From the IMG/VR virus record IMGVR_UViG_2925891887_000001: 64,000 bases of DNA. One strand, written 5' to 3'. Below are positions 30,407 through 39,960 of this stretch, one piece after another. The DNA comes from a virus. Taxonomy: Duplodnaviria > Heunggongvirae > Uroviricota > Caudoviricetes. Made by a program: the position numbers and the translations under genes. Under the pieces are notes generated by a model. It made no database searches and was not told where the DNA came from. It saw only the letters and a list, made by a program, of their open reading frames with translations. Positions within the stretch are counted from its first letter, which is position 1. Every line of letters begins with the position of its first letter.

Positions 30407-33400
30407 ATGTGGTACAGGGAAGGTACTATCACATTTACACAGGGCAGCAATACTCTGGTTGGGGCAGGGACAGCCTGGAACGTAACAGCTAATGGTGTGT
30501 TGCCGGGGATGATCGTCATTGGCCCCGACAATAAGCTGTATGAGATCAAGCGCGTAACCAGTGATACGAACATTGTTCTCTCAGAACCTTATACCGGCGA
30601 AACTCAGTCTGAAGTTCCGTGCCGAATCATTACGACCTATGAAGGCGACTTAACACAGTTTAGCGCGCGCTTTACTGCGCTAATGTCGCGTATGTCGGCT
30701 GATTCCAAGTCCATACGCAGTTGGTTGACTGCGCTGGATGAGGTGACAATCGAGCGTGAAGACGGTACAGAAGTGACCGTTAAGCCGCTAATGCAGATCG
30801 TCAACGAGCACAACGAAAACGTTGAGTGGTATAAAAATAACACTGACGCGATTGATGCTGCTGGCGACAAAGCTCGTGAGGCGGCGGCCAGTGCTGCCGC
30901 AGCAGCAAAAAGCGCCAATGCCGCTGGAGAAAAAGCCTCTCAAGCGTCTCAAAGTGCATCCGCTGCGGCATCCTCACAAAGTGCCGCAAGTGCGAGTGCA
31001 ACTGCTGCGAAAAAATCTGAAACGAATGCTGCAGCGTCACAAAAATCTGCAGCCACTTCTGCATCCACCGCGACCACGAAGGCGTCAGAAGCTGCCACCT
31101 CAGCCCGGGATGCGGCGGCCTCAAAAGAGGCAGCGAAATCATCAGAAACGAGCGCAGCCTCGAGCGCCAGTAATGCCGCTTCCTCGGCAACGGCGGCAGG
31201 AAATTCCGCGAAGGCGGCAAAAACGTCCGAGACGAACGCCAGGTCTTCTGAAACGGCAGCGGGACAGAGCGCCTCGGCTGCGGCAGGCTCAAAAACAGCG
31301 GCTGCGTCGTCTGCCAGTGCCGCGTCAACAAGTGCCGGGCAGGCCTCAGCCAGTGCCACCGCCGCCGGAAAATCGGCAGAAAGTGCCGCATCGTCTGCTT
31401 CAACTGCCACAACGAAGGCTGGCCAAGCCACTGAACAGGCCAGCGCAGCAGCGAGGTCTGCTTCCGCAGCGAAGACATCCGAAACGAACGCGAAAGCGTC
31501 GGAAACCCGTGCAGAATCCTCAAAAACGGCAGCCGCATCGTCCGCCAGTTCGGCGGCGTCATCGGCATCATCGGCGTCTGCTTCAAAAGATGAGGCGACC
31601 AGACAGGCGTCAGCAGCGAAGGGCAGCGCCACGACGGCATCCACGAAAGCAACAGAGGCGGCAGGCAGTGCGACGGCAGCATCTCAGAGCAAAACTGCTG
31701 CTGAATCCGCTGCGACCCGTGCGGAAGCTGCTGCTGATCGTGCTGAAGAGATTGCCGGTGCAGTTGCGATGGAAGACGCAAGCCTTACAACTAAAGGTGT
31801 TGTGAAACTTAGCAGTGCTGTCGACAGCACCAGTGAATCGCTGGCCGCAACGCCAAAAGCAGTTAAAGCAGCCAATGACAATGCGAATAGCAGGGTGCCA
31901 TCTAACCGAAAAGTTAACGGTAAAGCACTGACTGCGGATATCAAATTAACGCCGAAAGATATTGGTACTTTAAATTCAGTAACGATGTCTTTCTCTGGCG
32001 GGGCAGGGTGGTTCAAACTGGCTACGGTTACCATGCCACAAGCGAGTTCCATCGTTTACATCGCATTGATTGGTGGCGCTGGTTACAACGTCGGCTCCCC
32101 ACATCAGGCAGGCATTTCAGAACTGGTTCTACGAGCAGGCAATGGAAACCCCAAAGGGATTACAGGTGCTTTGTGGAAGCGTACAGCTGTCGGATTAACG
32201 AATTTCGCCTGGATCAACACATCCGGCGATACATATGATATTTACGTTGAGATTGGCAATTATGCGACTCGTGTAAATATCCATTGGGATTGTACTGCAA
32301 ATGCGACAGTTTCTATTTATACCTCGCCAACATATTCAGCGAGTAAGCCTTCCAGCGTTACCGATGGTGTTGTTTATACGATGTATAGCACACATCAGAA
32401 ACCGACGCCGTTAGATATTGGAGCACTGCCAACAACCGGAGGAACAGTTTCAGGTCCGTTGTCTGTTACAGGTGGATTAACTGGTTCATTGAATGGTAAT
32501 GCAAGTACAGCCACGAAATTGCAGACGGCAAGATCTATCGGTGGAGTTGTTTTCGACGGTTCTGCAAATATTAACCTTCCAGGTGTAAACACTACGGGTA
32601 ATCAGAACACCACTGGTAATGCTGCAACTGCTACAAAACTTCAGACTGCAAGAAAAATATCCGGTGTTCCATTTGATGGTTCTACTGATATCACTTTAAC
32701 CGCTGCGCATGTTGCCGCTTTCGCAAGAAGGGCAACAGGGTCATATGCGGATGCTGATGGTGGCGTGCCGTGGAATGCTGAATCTGGTGCTTACAATGTA
32801 ACTAGAACAGGCGACACCTATATTCTTGCCAACTTTTATACCGGTGTAGGTAGTTGCCGGACCCTGCAGATGAAGGCGCATTACAGAAATGGAGGTCTGT
32901 TCTACCGTTCCTCAAGAGATGGCTATGGTTTTGAAAGTGGTTGGGAGCAGGTTTACACGACTGGATTTATGCCTCAGCCGGCTGATATAAACGCGCCAAC
33001 CGCTGCCGCTGGATGGTTAAATAGTGGTAACGGAACGGCATTTACGACTGCTCAATTTATAACTTGGCTAAATAATCAGGGGGCATTTACAAACAAACAT
33101 TGGATCGCACGGTGCTCATGGACTTACGCCAACAATAATTATATAGACGACACTGGTTGCGGTAGGATCGATCTATCTGGTTCCGTGATTGAGGTGTTTA
33201 GTAATAAGGCAACAAGCCACTACACTATTCGTGTTACAACGACAACAACATCGGGTCATGGTGGTGTTAACAATGCGGAATTTATTTATGTGTACAATGG
33301 AAGTGATTATGCACCAGGCTGGCGTCGTTCTTATAACACTAGAAACAAACCAACAGCTTCTGATGTAGGAGCATTACCGCTTTCAGGTGGCACATTATCT

Positions 33401-34705
33401 GGAGGGTTAACATCTTCTGGTGAGATCATTTCAAAATATGCAAATGGTTTCCGCATTGCTTACGGTAAGTTTGGGTTCTTTATCCGTAATGATGGGGTGA
33501 ACACATATTTCCTGCTAACAGCATCAGGAGACACATTAGGTTCATGGAACGGTTTGCGACCTATTACAATTAATAATACCAGCGGTGCTGTATCAATTGG
33601 TAATGGACTAAATGTGACTGGTGGCGTAAATGGTAGTTTGAACGGTAATGCTTCAACAGCTACGAAGTTGCAAACAGCGAGAAACATCAATGGTGTTAAG
33701 TTTGATGGTTCAGGCGATATCAATATTAATACATTGGTATCTCGTGGCCGAGTTACGGCGTTAAGCGGCTCTACTCAAGGCACTGCTGGCATTCAAATGT
33801 ATGAGGCGTACAACAATAGCTACCCGACCACGTATGGCAACGTATTGCACATGAAAGGTGCGAGTGCTGCTGGTGAGGGCGAGTTGCTTATTGGCTGGAG
33901 TGGTACGAGCGGTGCACATGCGCCAGTTTTCATTCGCTCACGAAGAGATAACACAGGTGCAGCATGGTCAGCGTGGGCGCAGGTATATACCGCTAAGGAT
34001 TCAATCCCTGGTGTGAATACAACTGGTAATCAGAACACTACTGGTAATGCCGCAACCGCCACAAAATTGCAGACAGCAAGGAAAATTGCTGGTGTGGCGT
34101 TTGATGGCTCTGCCGATATAACTTTGACTGCGGCTAACCTTAATGCTTACACGAAAACAGAGGTAGCAAACCTTCTAAGTTCCTATGCAAGCAGATCATC
34201 ACTGACAGGCTATAGTGGCAACCTGGATATTGTTGCTGAAACACTGGTTGTCAAATCAGGCGGTAGTGGAGGGTTTGCTATATGGGATATTGGCACAACT
34301 ACTAGCGGTGCCAATATGTACATTGATCCAAACCCAGGTATCAATACAGTTTGGCGTTCAACGTCTTCAAGGCGCTATAAAAAGGATATTGAAACATTAC
34401 AAGATCGATATGCTGATGAACTTTTGTCATTAAGACCTGTTTGGTATCGTTCAATTTGTCGAGGTGACCGAAAGGATTGGGGGTATTACGGCCTTATTGC
34501 TGAAGAGGTTGGTGAGATTGCCCCGCAATATGTCCATTGGCGTGAACCAACAAATAATGATTCTCCAGAAGATATTTCCTCAAATGGTATGGTCGCTGAA
34601 GGAGTGATGTATGAGCGTTTGGTTGTACCACTCATTTATCATATTCAGCAATTGACCAAAAGGGTTGAGGAGCTTGAAACGAAGTTAAATTCACCTAAAG
34701 AATAA
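30407..34705 (+). CDS. Side tail fibre protein with C-terminal intramolecular chaperone (peptidase S74-like) domain
   Basis: Stf-like Ala/Ser/Thr low-complexity region (KTSETNAKASE...), three copies of NGNASTATKLQTAR-x-I-x-GV-x-FDGS, and C-terminal chaperone-like segment (SRRYKKDIETLQDRYADELLSLRPVWYR). Confidence 0.85.
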   Translation: MWYREGTITFTQGSNTLVGAGTAWNVTANGVLPGMIVIGPDNKLYEIKRVTSDTNIVLSEPYTGETQSEVPCRIITTYEGDLTQFSARFTALMSRMSADSKSIRSWLTALDEVTIEREDGTEVTVKPLMQIVNEHNENVEWYKNNTDAIDAAGDKAREAAASAAAAAKSANAAGEKASQASQSASAAASSQSAASASATAAKKSETNAAASQKSAATSASTATTKASEAATSARDAAASKEAAKSSETSAASSASNAASSATAAGNSAKAAKTSETNARSSETAAGQSASAAAGSKTAAASSASAASTSAGQASASATAAGKSAESAASSASTATTKAGQATEQASAAARSASAAKTSETNAKASETRAESSKTAAASSASSAASSASSASASKDEATRQASAAKGSATTASTKATEAAGSATAASQSKTAAESAATRAEAAADRAEEIAGAVAMEDASLTTKGVVKLSSAVDSTSESLAATPKAVKAANDNANSRVPSNRKVNGKALTADIKLTPKDIGTLNSVTMSFSGGAGWFKLATVTMPQASSIVYIALIGGAGYNVGSPHQAGISELVLRAGNGNPKGITGALWKRTAVGLTNFAWINTSGDTYDIYVEIGNYATRVNIHWDCTANATVSIYTSPTYSASKPSSVTDGVVYTMYSTHQKPTPLDIGALPTTGGTVSGPLSVTGGLTGSLNGNASTATKLQTARSIGGVVFDGSANINLPGVNTTGNQNTTGNAATATKLQTARKISGVPFDGSTDITLTAAHVAAFARRATGSYADADGGVPWNAESGAYNVTRTGDTYILANFYTGVGSCRTLQMKAHYRNGGLFYRSSRDGYGFESGWEQVYTTGFMPQPADINAPTAAAGWLNSGNGTAFTTAQFITWLNNQGAFTNKHWIARCSWTYANNNYIDDTGCGRIDLSGSVIEVFSNKATSHYTIRVTTTTTSGHGGVNNAEFIYVYNGSDYAPGWRRSYNTRNKPTASDVGALPLSGGTLSGGLTSSGEIISKYANGFRIAYGKFGFFIRNDGVNTYFLLTASGDTLGSWNGLRPITINNTSGAVSIGNGLNVTGGVNGSLNGNASTATKLQTARNINGVKFDGSGDININTLVSRGRVTALSGSTQGTAGIQMYEAYNNSYPTTYGNVLHMKGASAAGEGELLIGWSGTSGAHAPVFIRSRRDNTGAAWSAWAQVYTAKDSIPGVNTTGNQNTTGNAATATKLQTARKIAGVAFDGSADITLTAANLNAYTKTEVANLLSSYASRSSLTGYSGNLDIVAETLVVKSGGSGGFAIWDIGTTTSGANMYIDPNPGINTVWRSTSSRRYKKDIETLQDRYADELLSLRPVWYRSICRGDRKDWGYYGLIAEEVGEIAPQYVHWREPTNNDSPEDISSNGMVAEGVMYERLVVPLIYHIQQLTKRVEELETKLNSPKE
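32582..32708 (+). repeat. ~125-bp direct repeat within tail fibre gene (copy 1)
   Basis: ggtgtaaacactacgggtaatcagaacaccactggtaatgctgc... recurs with few mismatches at about 34010-34136. Confidence 0.8.
34010..34136 (+). repeat. ~125-bp direct repeat within tail fibre gene (copy 2)
   Basis: Near-identical to 32582-32708; encodes GVNTTGNQNTTGNAATATKLQTARKI-GV-FDGS-DITLTAA. Confidence 0.8.
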
Positions 34706-34765
34706 ACAACTTCAATCGGGGCTGGAGCTAAACCAGCCCCTGCTTAAAAGTATAAGGATATATTT

Positions 34766-35020
34766 ATGAGCTATGGTGCACAGGTTTGGTCGCCATCAAG
34801 ACAGGAGATGGTCAATGCGTTGGCCCCTGTTTATTACCTCGATTATTTTACTCCCTCTGGTTCAGGAAGTAGAACATATGAGGTTGAGGCGGGATTGGGA
34901 ATCGACTATTACATAATGGACGTAACCAATGGAAAGTACACAAGTCTTACGGTTTCTGGAAATACCATTTCGTGGTCTGGAGCTAGTGGTAATTTAAACA
35001 TATTGGTTTTTCAAAAATAA
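34766..35020 (+). CDS. Hypothetical protein (tail fibre accessory?)
   Basis: 84-aa ORF immediately downstream of tail fibre gene. Confidence 0.35.
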   Translation: MSYGAQVWSPSRQEMVNALAPVYYLDYFTPSGSGSRTYEVEAGLGIDYYIMDVTNGKYTSLTVSGNTISWSGASGNLNILVFQK

Positions 35021-35628
35021 TGTACGGAAGCAAGATATATCGATCTGACGGGAAGGTCTGGATGTCTCCTTCTTTGTCTCCTATCGTTTTTCAGAGAAAG
35101 CAGGTTGTTTCTTTGTCCGGCGGGACAGAGTTTAACACCAAAATATCTCCAGATCGTTCACCGATTATTTTTGTTGCCTATTCGAAAGCTGTTTCATTAA
35201 TAGCCAACAGAATAGTGCGTAACAACCAGGTGATTTACAGTTTCGGAGGTCAGGGTAGCGACTCTAGTGCCACGATATACGTATTTTCGAAAGGTATAGC
35301 CAAAAAAGAAACTTGGGGCATGAGTTTTTTCAATGCACAAGGGGAGGAAATCTATAATACGGCAAATATCCCACTTTCATTTACCTTTCTTAATAATACG
35401 GAGTGGAACAGCTCTGGAGGGCATGTTTTTGATTACCCTCCAGCGATAATCCCAACATATGCGAATGTGTTCGCTGTTCCAGTACCGGGCGGAGCCATGA
35501 CAATGGTTTATGGATATGCGGCATATGGAAATACTGTTAGCTCGATATTCGTAAACCAACTTAATGGCGGCCATAGTTTTAGCGTAAATGGCAGAGTACC
35601 GGTAATAAATAGAAATCTGTATAACTGA
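35020..35628 (+). CDS. Hypothetical protein (tail fibre accessory?)
   Basis: 202-aa ORF coupled to upstream ORF (ATG overlaps stop). Confidence 0.35.
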   Translation: MYGSKIYRSDGKVWMSPSLSPIVFQRKQVVSLSGGTEFNTKISPDRSPIIFVAYSKAVSLIANRIVRNNQVIYSFGGQGSDSSATIYVFSKGIAKKETWGMSFFNAQGEEIYNTANIPLSFTFLNNTEWNSSGGHVFDYPPAIIPTYANVFAVPVPGGAMTMVYGYAAYGNTVSSIFVNQLNGGHSFSVNGRVPVINRNLYN

Positions 35629-35635
35629 TGAGTAG

Positions 35636-35869
35636 ATGATGAAAAGATTATTTCTAACAATAGCTGTTGTTCTCTCTCTTACTGGCTGCCAGAAATTGCC
35701 GACACCTATATGTTACGGTGAGGCTATCATTGGTGGACAGGAGACAGTCATACCCATATATGCTGTTAAAAAAGTGAACGACTATACCTTATACAAAGCG
35801 GGTAGCATCTATAACTGGCGATGGGTAGGAGTAGGTGCTTTCTCATCAGTCCGTTGCAATGCTGAATGA
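35636..35869 (+). CDS. Small lipoprotein, Cor/Llp-like superinfection-exclusion candidate
   Basis: 77 aa; signal peptide plus lipobox (MMKRLFLTIAVVLSLTGC); sits just downstream of receptor-binding genes. Confidence 0.5.
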   Translation: MMKRLFLTIAVVLSLTGCQKLPTPICYGEAIIGGQETVIPIYAVKKVNDYTLYKAGSIYNWRWVGVGAFSSVRCNAE

Positions 35870-35950
35870 TAGGTAAGTACACACCTACAACAAAAGGGTG
35901 AAATGTGATATAAATCCGCCATCCCGATTTGACTTTTCATGGAGGAAAAC

Positions 35951-36274
35951 ATGTCGAACGAGATGGCGGGCGTTACAACAGAGCAAGTTGAGCGTATTGC
36001 CGCGATCGTTGCTCGGGAGGTTGTTGGCAAATTAGGTAAAGAGCTACGTGAAGAAATTGGCCAGGAGGTCAACGATCAGCTGAAAACCTACTTTGGTGAT
36101 ATGACCCCGGCGCAACATAGTATTCAACACTCCAACCTGGACAAACTCCTTAACCGGTTAGATTCCATCTCAAGTGGGTTCTTTGGCGGCATTGTTTCTA
36201 AAATAACGTCGTTCATTATTACCGCACTGCTTTTGGGGTTAGCCGCGTATGGCGTAAAAAATGGACTGCAATAA
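35951..36274 (+). CDS. Holin-like small membrane protein (putative)
   Basis: ATG after GGAGG; one C-terminal transmembrane segment (ITSFIITALLLGLAAYGV); directly upstream of lysis genes. Confidence 0.35.
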   Translation: MSNEMAGVTTEQVERIAAIVAREVVGKLGKELREEIGQEVNDQLKTYFGDMTPAQHSIQHSNLDKLLNRLDSISSGFFGGIVSKITSFIITALLLGLAAYGVKNGLQ

Positions 36275-36287
36275 CAGGAGATCAAGG

Positions 36288-36980
36288 ATGAAGACTCCGA
36301 GAGGTATTCGTAATAATAACCCCGGTAATCTTGATAAAGGATCACCGTGGCAAGGTCTGGTTGCGAATCCAGACGAACCGCGCTTTTGCACGTTTAAAGA
36401 CCCTGTTTGGGGGATTCGTGCACTGGCGGTGACTCTAATTACCTACCACGACAAGCGTCGCGCAAAAGACGGCTCAAGTATCGATACCATTCGTGAAGTT
36501 ATTGAACGTTGGGCACCGCCGAATGAAAACAACACTGACGCCTACATTAATGAGGTGTCTAAAGCCGTTGGTGTAACCGCAGACATGATTATCGATCTGC
36601 ATGATTACGACATTCTTCGACCTTTGGTTGAGGCAATCATTCGCCATGAGAATGGGCGAGGTCCGCTAAAAACGCTGAACACCTGGTATGCGGCAGAAGT
36701 TATTGAGGAAGGTCTGCGTCGAGCTGGCGTCGTTAAGCCGGTGAAAACCGTGAAGGCTGTTCCTGTAACTAAAGAAACAGCAGGCGCAACTGTTACAGCA
36801 GGTATTGGTCTGGCGCAGCTGGCCGATGTTATGCCGCAGGTTTCCGCTGCTATGGATAAAGCACAAGGTCATATCTCTAGCGGGGATACAGTACGCATCA
36901 TCTTCGGTATTGCCACTATTGTTGTGGCTGGATTTATCGCCTGGTCGCAGGTAAGAAGACACCAGAAAGGGATGGTCTAA
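36288..36980 (+). CDS. Lysis cassette protein, endolysin candidate with C-terminal membrane anchor
   Basis: Sits between holin-like gene and Rz/Rz1; conserved-looking N-terminal motif RNNNPGNLDKGSPWQG; C-terminal TM (IIFGIATIVVAGFIAW). Enzymatic class not resolved. Confidence 0.4.
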   Translation: MKTPRGIRNNNPGNLDKGSPWQGLVANPDEPRFCTFKDPVWGIRALAVTLITYHDKRRAKDGSSIDTIREVIERWAPPNENNTDAYINEVSKAVGVTADMIIDLHDYDILRPLVEAIIRHENGRGPLKTLNTWYAAEVIEEGLRRAGVVKPVKTVKAVPVTKETAGATVTAGIGLAQLADVMPQVSAAMDKAQGHISSGDTVRIIFGIATIVVAGFIAWSQVRRHQKGMV

Positions 36981-36981
36981 T

Positions 36982-37233
36982 ATGCTAGGCAGCCTGATGA
37001 CAAAGCTAAAAGTTGCTTTGATTACGCTGGCTGCCGTTCTTTTCGTTCTGGTCGGCGCTTACACGATGGGCGGAAATGCGGCGCGACGAGCAATGGAAGA
37101 GAAGGCAAAACAGGAAGACAGAAAACGACTTCAAAGCACAGTGGATGTCAAAAATGAAACGGTTAATGAAGTGCGGCAAAAAGATGCCTCTGGTGTTCAT
37201 CGCGAGCTGTTTGATAAATGGGTGCGTGATTAA
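36982..37233 (+). CDS. Rz-like inner-membrane spanin (i-spanin)
   Basis: N-terminal TM (LKVALITLAAVLFVLVGAY) then charged coiled-coil region; 83 aa. Confidence 0.6.
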   Translation: MLGSLMTKLKVALITLAAVLFVLVGAYTMGGNAARRAMEEKAKQEDRKRLQSTVDVKNETVNEVRQKDASGVHRELFDKWVRD

Positions 37234-37381
37234 GACGCAGGCTCCAGGCGTGCTATTCTGCGATGCTGCAAATCCTATCTATGTGAGTAGAGAGGATTTT
37301 ATGACTGAGGAAACGGAGCGACAGTTGCTTATCCACAATACGATAGGTGAAAGGCTGTGTGAGTGGGGGCACCTGAACTGA
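37145..37381 (+). CDS. Rz1-like outer-membrane lipoprotein spanin (o-spanin), overlapping Rz in +1 frame
   Basis: Alternate-frame ORF begins inside Rz and extends past its stop; signal peptide with lipobox (MKRLMKCGKKMPLVFIASC); exact start among several in-frame ATGs unresolved. Confidence 0.55.
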   Translation: MSKMKRLMKCGKKMPLVFIASCLINGCVIKTQAPGVLFCDAANPIYVSREDFMTEETERQLLIHNTIGERLCEWGHLN

Positions 37382-37605
37382 GTCGATGATTGATGAGTGG
37401 TCTCAGTTTACCTTTTATCCTAAAGATGGCATCTTCACTCATATACACGCCTGTTCACTCAAGCTCATGTTGAATCATTTAGTAATTTGATGTAGATTTA
37501 TTAGGCATCCACGTAAGTGGGCACATACAGGCTACGCATCCTCGTAGCCTTCAACCCCGAGAGGGGTGCCGCAATGACACTTGTGTTAACGGCTAAGGTG
37601 GATAT

Positions 37606-38025
37606 ATGCTAAATTATCATGACAATACGCGTTCTATGCAGACGATCCGCACCAATACTGCGGTCATCGACAGCTTTCCTATGCGTATTCACAACAGTGA
37701 AGACGCAGTAGAAGTGCGACGTATGTTGTGCCGTGAATCAGCTAACCGCCAGCACTTCATCGTCACTTTTAAGAGCGATGTGGCGCGTGCCGAAAAGATC
37801 TCTAATTCTACGTCACTGGTTAAACCGTTGGCCGAGGTTGTCGCTAACGGTAAACGAACCTCTTTTGTTTTAGATGTTGCTGAACAATATCCTGACTTGA
37901 AGTGTTTAGATCGTGATATTTCTTCACGAATCAAACAAGTTGTAGAGTCTTTTATGAAGAAATTCTGTAAAATCGATGATATGGAACCATCAACGGCACA
38001 GAATACTTCATGGCACCATCTCTAA
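37606..38025 (+). CDS. Hypothetical protein
   Basis: 139-aa ORF from track. Confidence 0.35.
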   Translation: MLNYHDNTRSMQTIRTNTAVIDSFPMRIHNSEDAVEVRRMLCRESANRQHFIVTFKSDVARAEKISNSTSLVKPLAEVVANGKRTSFVLDVAEQYPDLKCLDRDISSRIKQVVESFMKKFCKIDDMEPSTAQNTSWHHL

Positions 38026-38783
38026 TTGGTCAGGCGAACAGATTAATCCCTGAAATAGAAGACTACAGCAAGGTCTTGTCTGAAATGCCGAGAGCGACGA
38101 GAATTATCGCTCTCGGTGAGTTCTATTTTATCTCCCGAGGTTTCGATCTAATTCGATTTACCGAATACGAGCTTGTTGATTCGGCCTATGAACGCTGTAT
38201 TGTTGGCGAGTGTCTTGAGTCATGTGATCCTGATTACCAAGAGCAGGAAGTTAAGCGACTCAAACGTGCTGGTTACACACCTCTTGAGATAGGAGCAGAA
38301 ATTGAATCCTACAAGTTGCATGTGGGGCAGCCAGTCCAAACAGTCTTCCGCGTGGCCTACTGCGAGTTTCCAATCAAGGATAAATCTGGAGTAAAAGTCA
38401 GCGCCAAGCAGATTAGAGGGGTTTTTACTCATGCTGATTATATGGGATTAGGCATCGCAAGTTTTGCTTACCTTTATCTCGTAGATAAGTATCAGTACTT
38501 GGTTTGCGATACGTTACAGACGGTAAAAGGCGCAACTCTTTGGGCTGTGAGTATGCGCAAACATGGACTGGTCGAAATTTACGATACGAAGAACGAAAAT
38601 TTTATAGAGGAATTGGGTGAGGATGCCTGTGGCGTAAGTGGTTTTATTCCGTGGGATATCGGTAAGTCTGACGGAGGCCAGATGCGAAGACGTGAAGAGT
38701 GGGGGACTAATAAAATCAATCTCACCCCAGGTGCTTGTACTCATATAGTGAACATTCTGACTAAACGATCTATGAATCAATAA
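38010..38783 (+). CDS. Hypothetical protein
   Basis: 257-aa ORF from track; followed by intrinsic terminator. Confidence 0.35.
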   Translation: MAPSLIGQANRLIPEIEDYSKVLSEMPRATRIIALGEFYFISRGFDLIRFTEYELVDSAYERCIVGECLESCDPDYQEQEVKRLKRAGYTPLEIGAEIESYKLHVGQPVQTVFRVAYCEFPIKDKSGVKVSAKQIRGVFTHADYMGLGIASFAYLYLVDKYQYLVCDTLQTVKGATLWAVSMRKHGLVEIYDTKNENFIEELGEDACGVSGFIPWDIGKSDGGQMRRREEWGTNKINLTPGACTHIVNILTKRSMNQ

Positions 38784-38805
38784 ACCCGCTACGGCGGGTT
38801 TTTTG
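38784..38805 (+). terminator. Rho-independent terminator
   Basis: acccgc-tacg-gcgggt stem followed by TTTTT. Confidence 0.7.
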
Positions 38806-38932
38806 TTATTAAGCCCCCCCTATGTACCTATCATTAAACCTTTACACCGCAGCCGTAGGCATTTAGGCTATATCACATATAAGAAAACAAGTTGTTTCAG
38901 ACGATAATTATATACGCAAAGGGAACTCTCCA

Positions 38933-39601
38933 ATGACCAAGATCTTTGTGGTTGGCGGCACAAAGGGCGGGCCTGGCAAATCCACCGTTGCCCAGCAAAT
39001 TGCCGTTTGCCTGAAAGTCAAAAAGAAGAAGAAGGTTTATATTACCGATATAGATATTCAGCGCACGACAACGAGCTGGTGTGAAGACCGTCGACAGAAC
39101 GAAGACCTTGAGCTGATTCCTTTCGCATACGTTCAGGATGACATCATTAAGCACCTAAAATCGCTTCAGGGTAGAGCTGAGTTTGTAGTGGTAGATGCTG
39201 GTGGCTTCGACTCCGAAATTCAGCGACAAGCGATGCTGATGGCTGACGTTATCATTATCCCGCTGCGTCCTAAGCGTCGTGATTTGAAATCTTTACGTGA
39301 CATCGATCCTATTATCGACAATGTTCGCAATGTAAACGATAAAGTGAAGGTCCGCGCGGTCATGAACCAGTGCCCGGCTTTGCCATCACAAGTGTCTCGC
39401 ATTCTGGCGGCTAAAGAGATTGTTGAGACGTTTGGCATCGAGTCTGCGCCAGTCAATCTATATAACCGCAACGTCTATGATGATGCGGAAGAGTCTGGTC
39501 GTTCTATCTTTGAAATGACCGGTAGCGAGCGCGACAAAAAGGCGGAAGCCGAGTTTGAAGAATTTGTAGATTATCTGTTGAGTCTGGAGGAAGAAGAATA
39601 A
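38933..39601 (+). CDS. ParA/ParF-like partition ATPase (type Ib)
   Basis: Deviant Walker A GGTKGGPGKST, small size (222 aa), acidic C-terminus. Confidence 0.8.
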   Translation: MTKIFVVGGTKGGPGKSTVAQQIAVCLKVKKKKKVYITDIDIQRTTTSWCEDRRQNEDLELIPFAYVQDDIIKHLKSLQGRAEFVVVDAGGFDSEIQRQAMLMADVIIIPLRPKRRDLKSLRDIDPIIDNVRNVNDKVKVRAVMNQCPALPSQVSRILAAKEIVETFGIESAPVNLYNRNVYDDAEESGRSIFEMTGSERDKKAEAEFEEFVDYLLSLEEEE

Positions 39602-39960
39602 TGTCCATGAAAATGGGTGACCTAGCAAAGCGCAAAGAGCCTGATGCACCGGCTAAGAACACAACTCCTTTGCGCCAACCAGTCAGACCACAGGGACGCC
39701 CGACTCGTGGCAAAGAGAAAATTAAAAGCCGCACAATGTCACTGGAGGACGAATACTTCGAACTGCTGGAGATGATGAAGTTCATCCCTCGCTTCGAGAA
39801 GTTCACTCGTTCTGACGTGATTCGTGCTGCTATTTTCCATCTTGCGGAGAAGACACCGCAGGAAATCGAGGACATCGTGAAACTTAACGAGGCGATCACA
39901 GCTGCCGATGTCACGATGCGTACCGATGAAATTAAACGCGAGTTGATGAAGAAAGGGTGA
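39601..39960 (+). CDS. Partition centromere-binding protein (ParG/RHH-like), putative
   Basis: Small basic protein coupled to ParA (start overlaps stop); unstructured basic N-terminus, C-terminal helix-rich region. Confidence 0.5.
   Translation: MSMKMGDLAKRKEPDAPAKNTTPLRQPVRPQGRPTRGKEKIKSRTMSLEDEYFELLEMMKFIPRFEKFTRSDVIRAAIFHLAEKTPQEIEDIVKLNEAITAADVTMRTDEIKRELMKKG

Noticed and set aside
30801-31805. Three long overlapping ORFs (30822-31805 plus strand; 30801-31781 and 30949-31644 minus strand) inside the tail fibre gene
   Set aside because: They fall in the GC-rich Ala/Ser/Thr repeat region, where repetitive codons keep several frames open; translations are low-complexity (Pro/Arg/Gln or Ala/Asp runs) and the fibre frame is the only one continuous with flanking domains.
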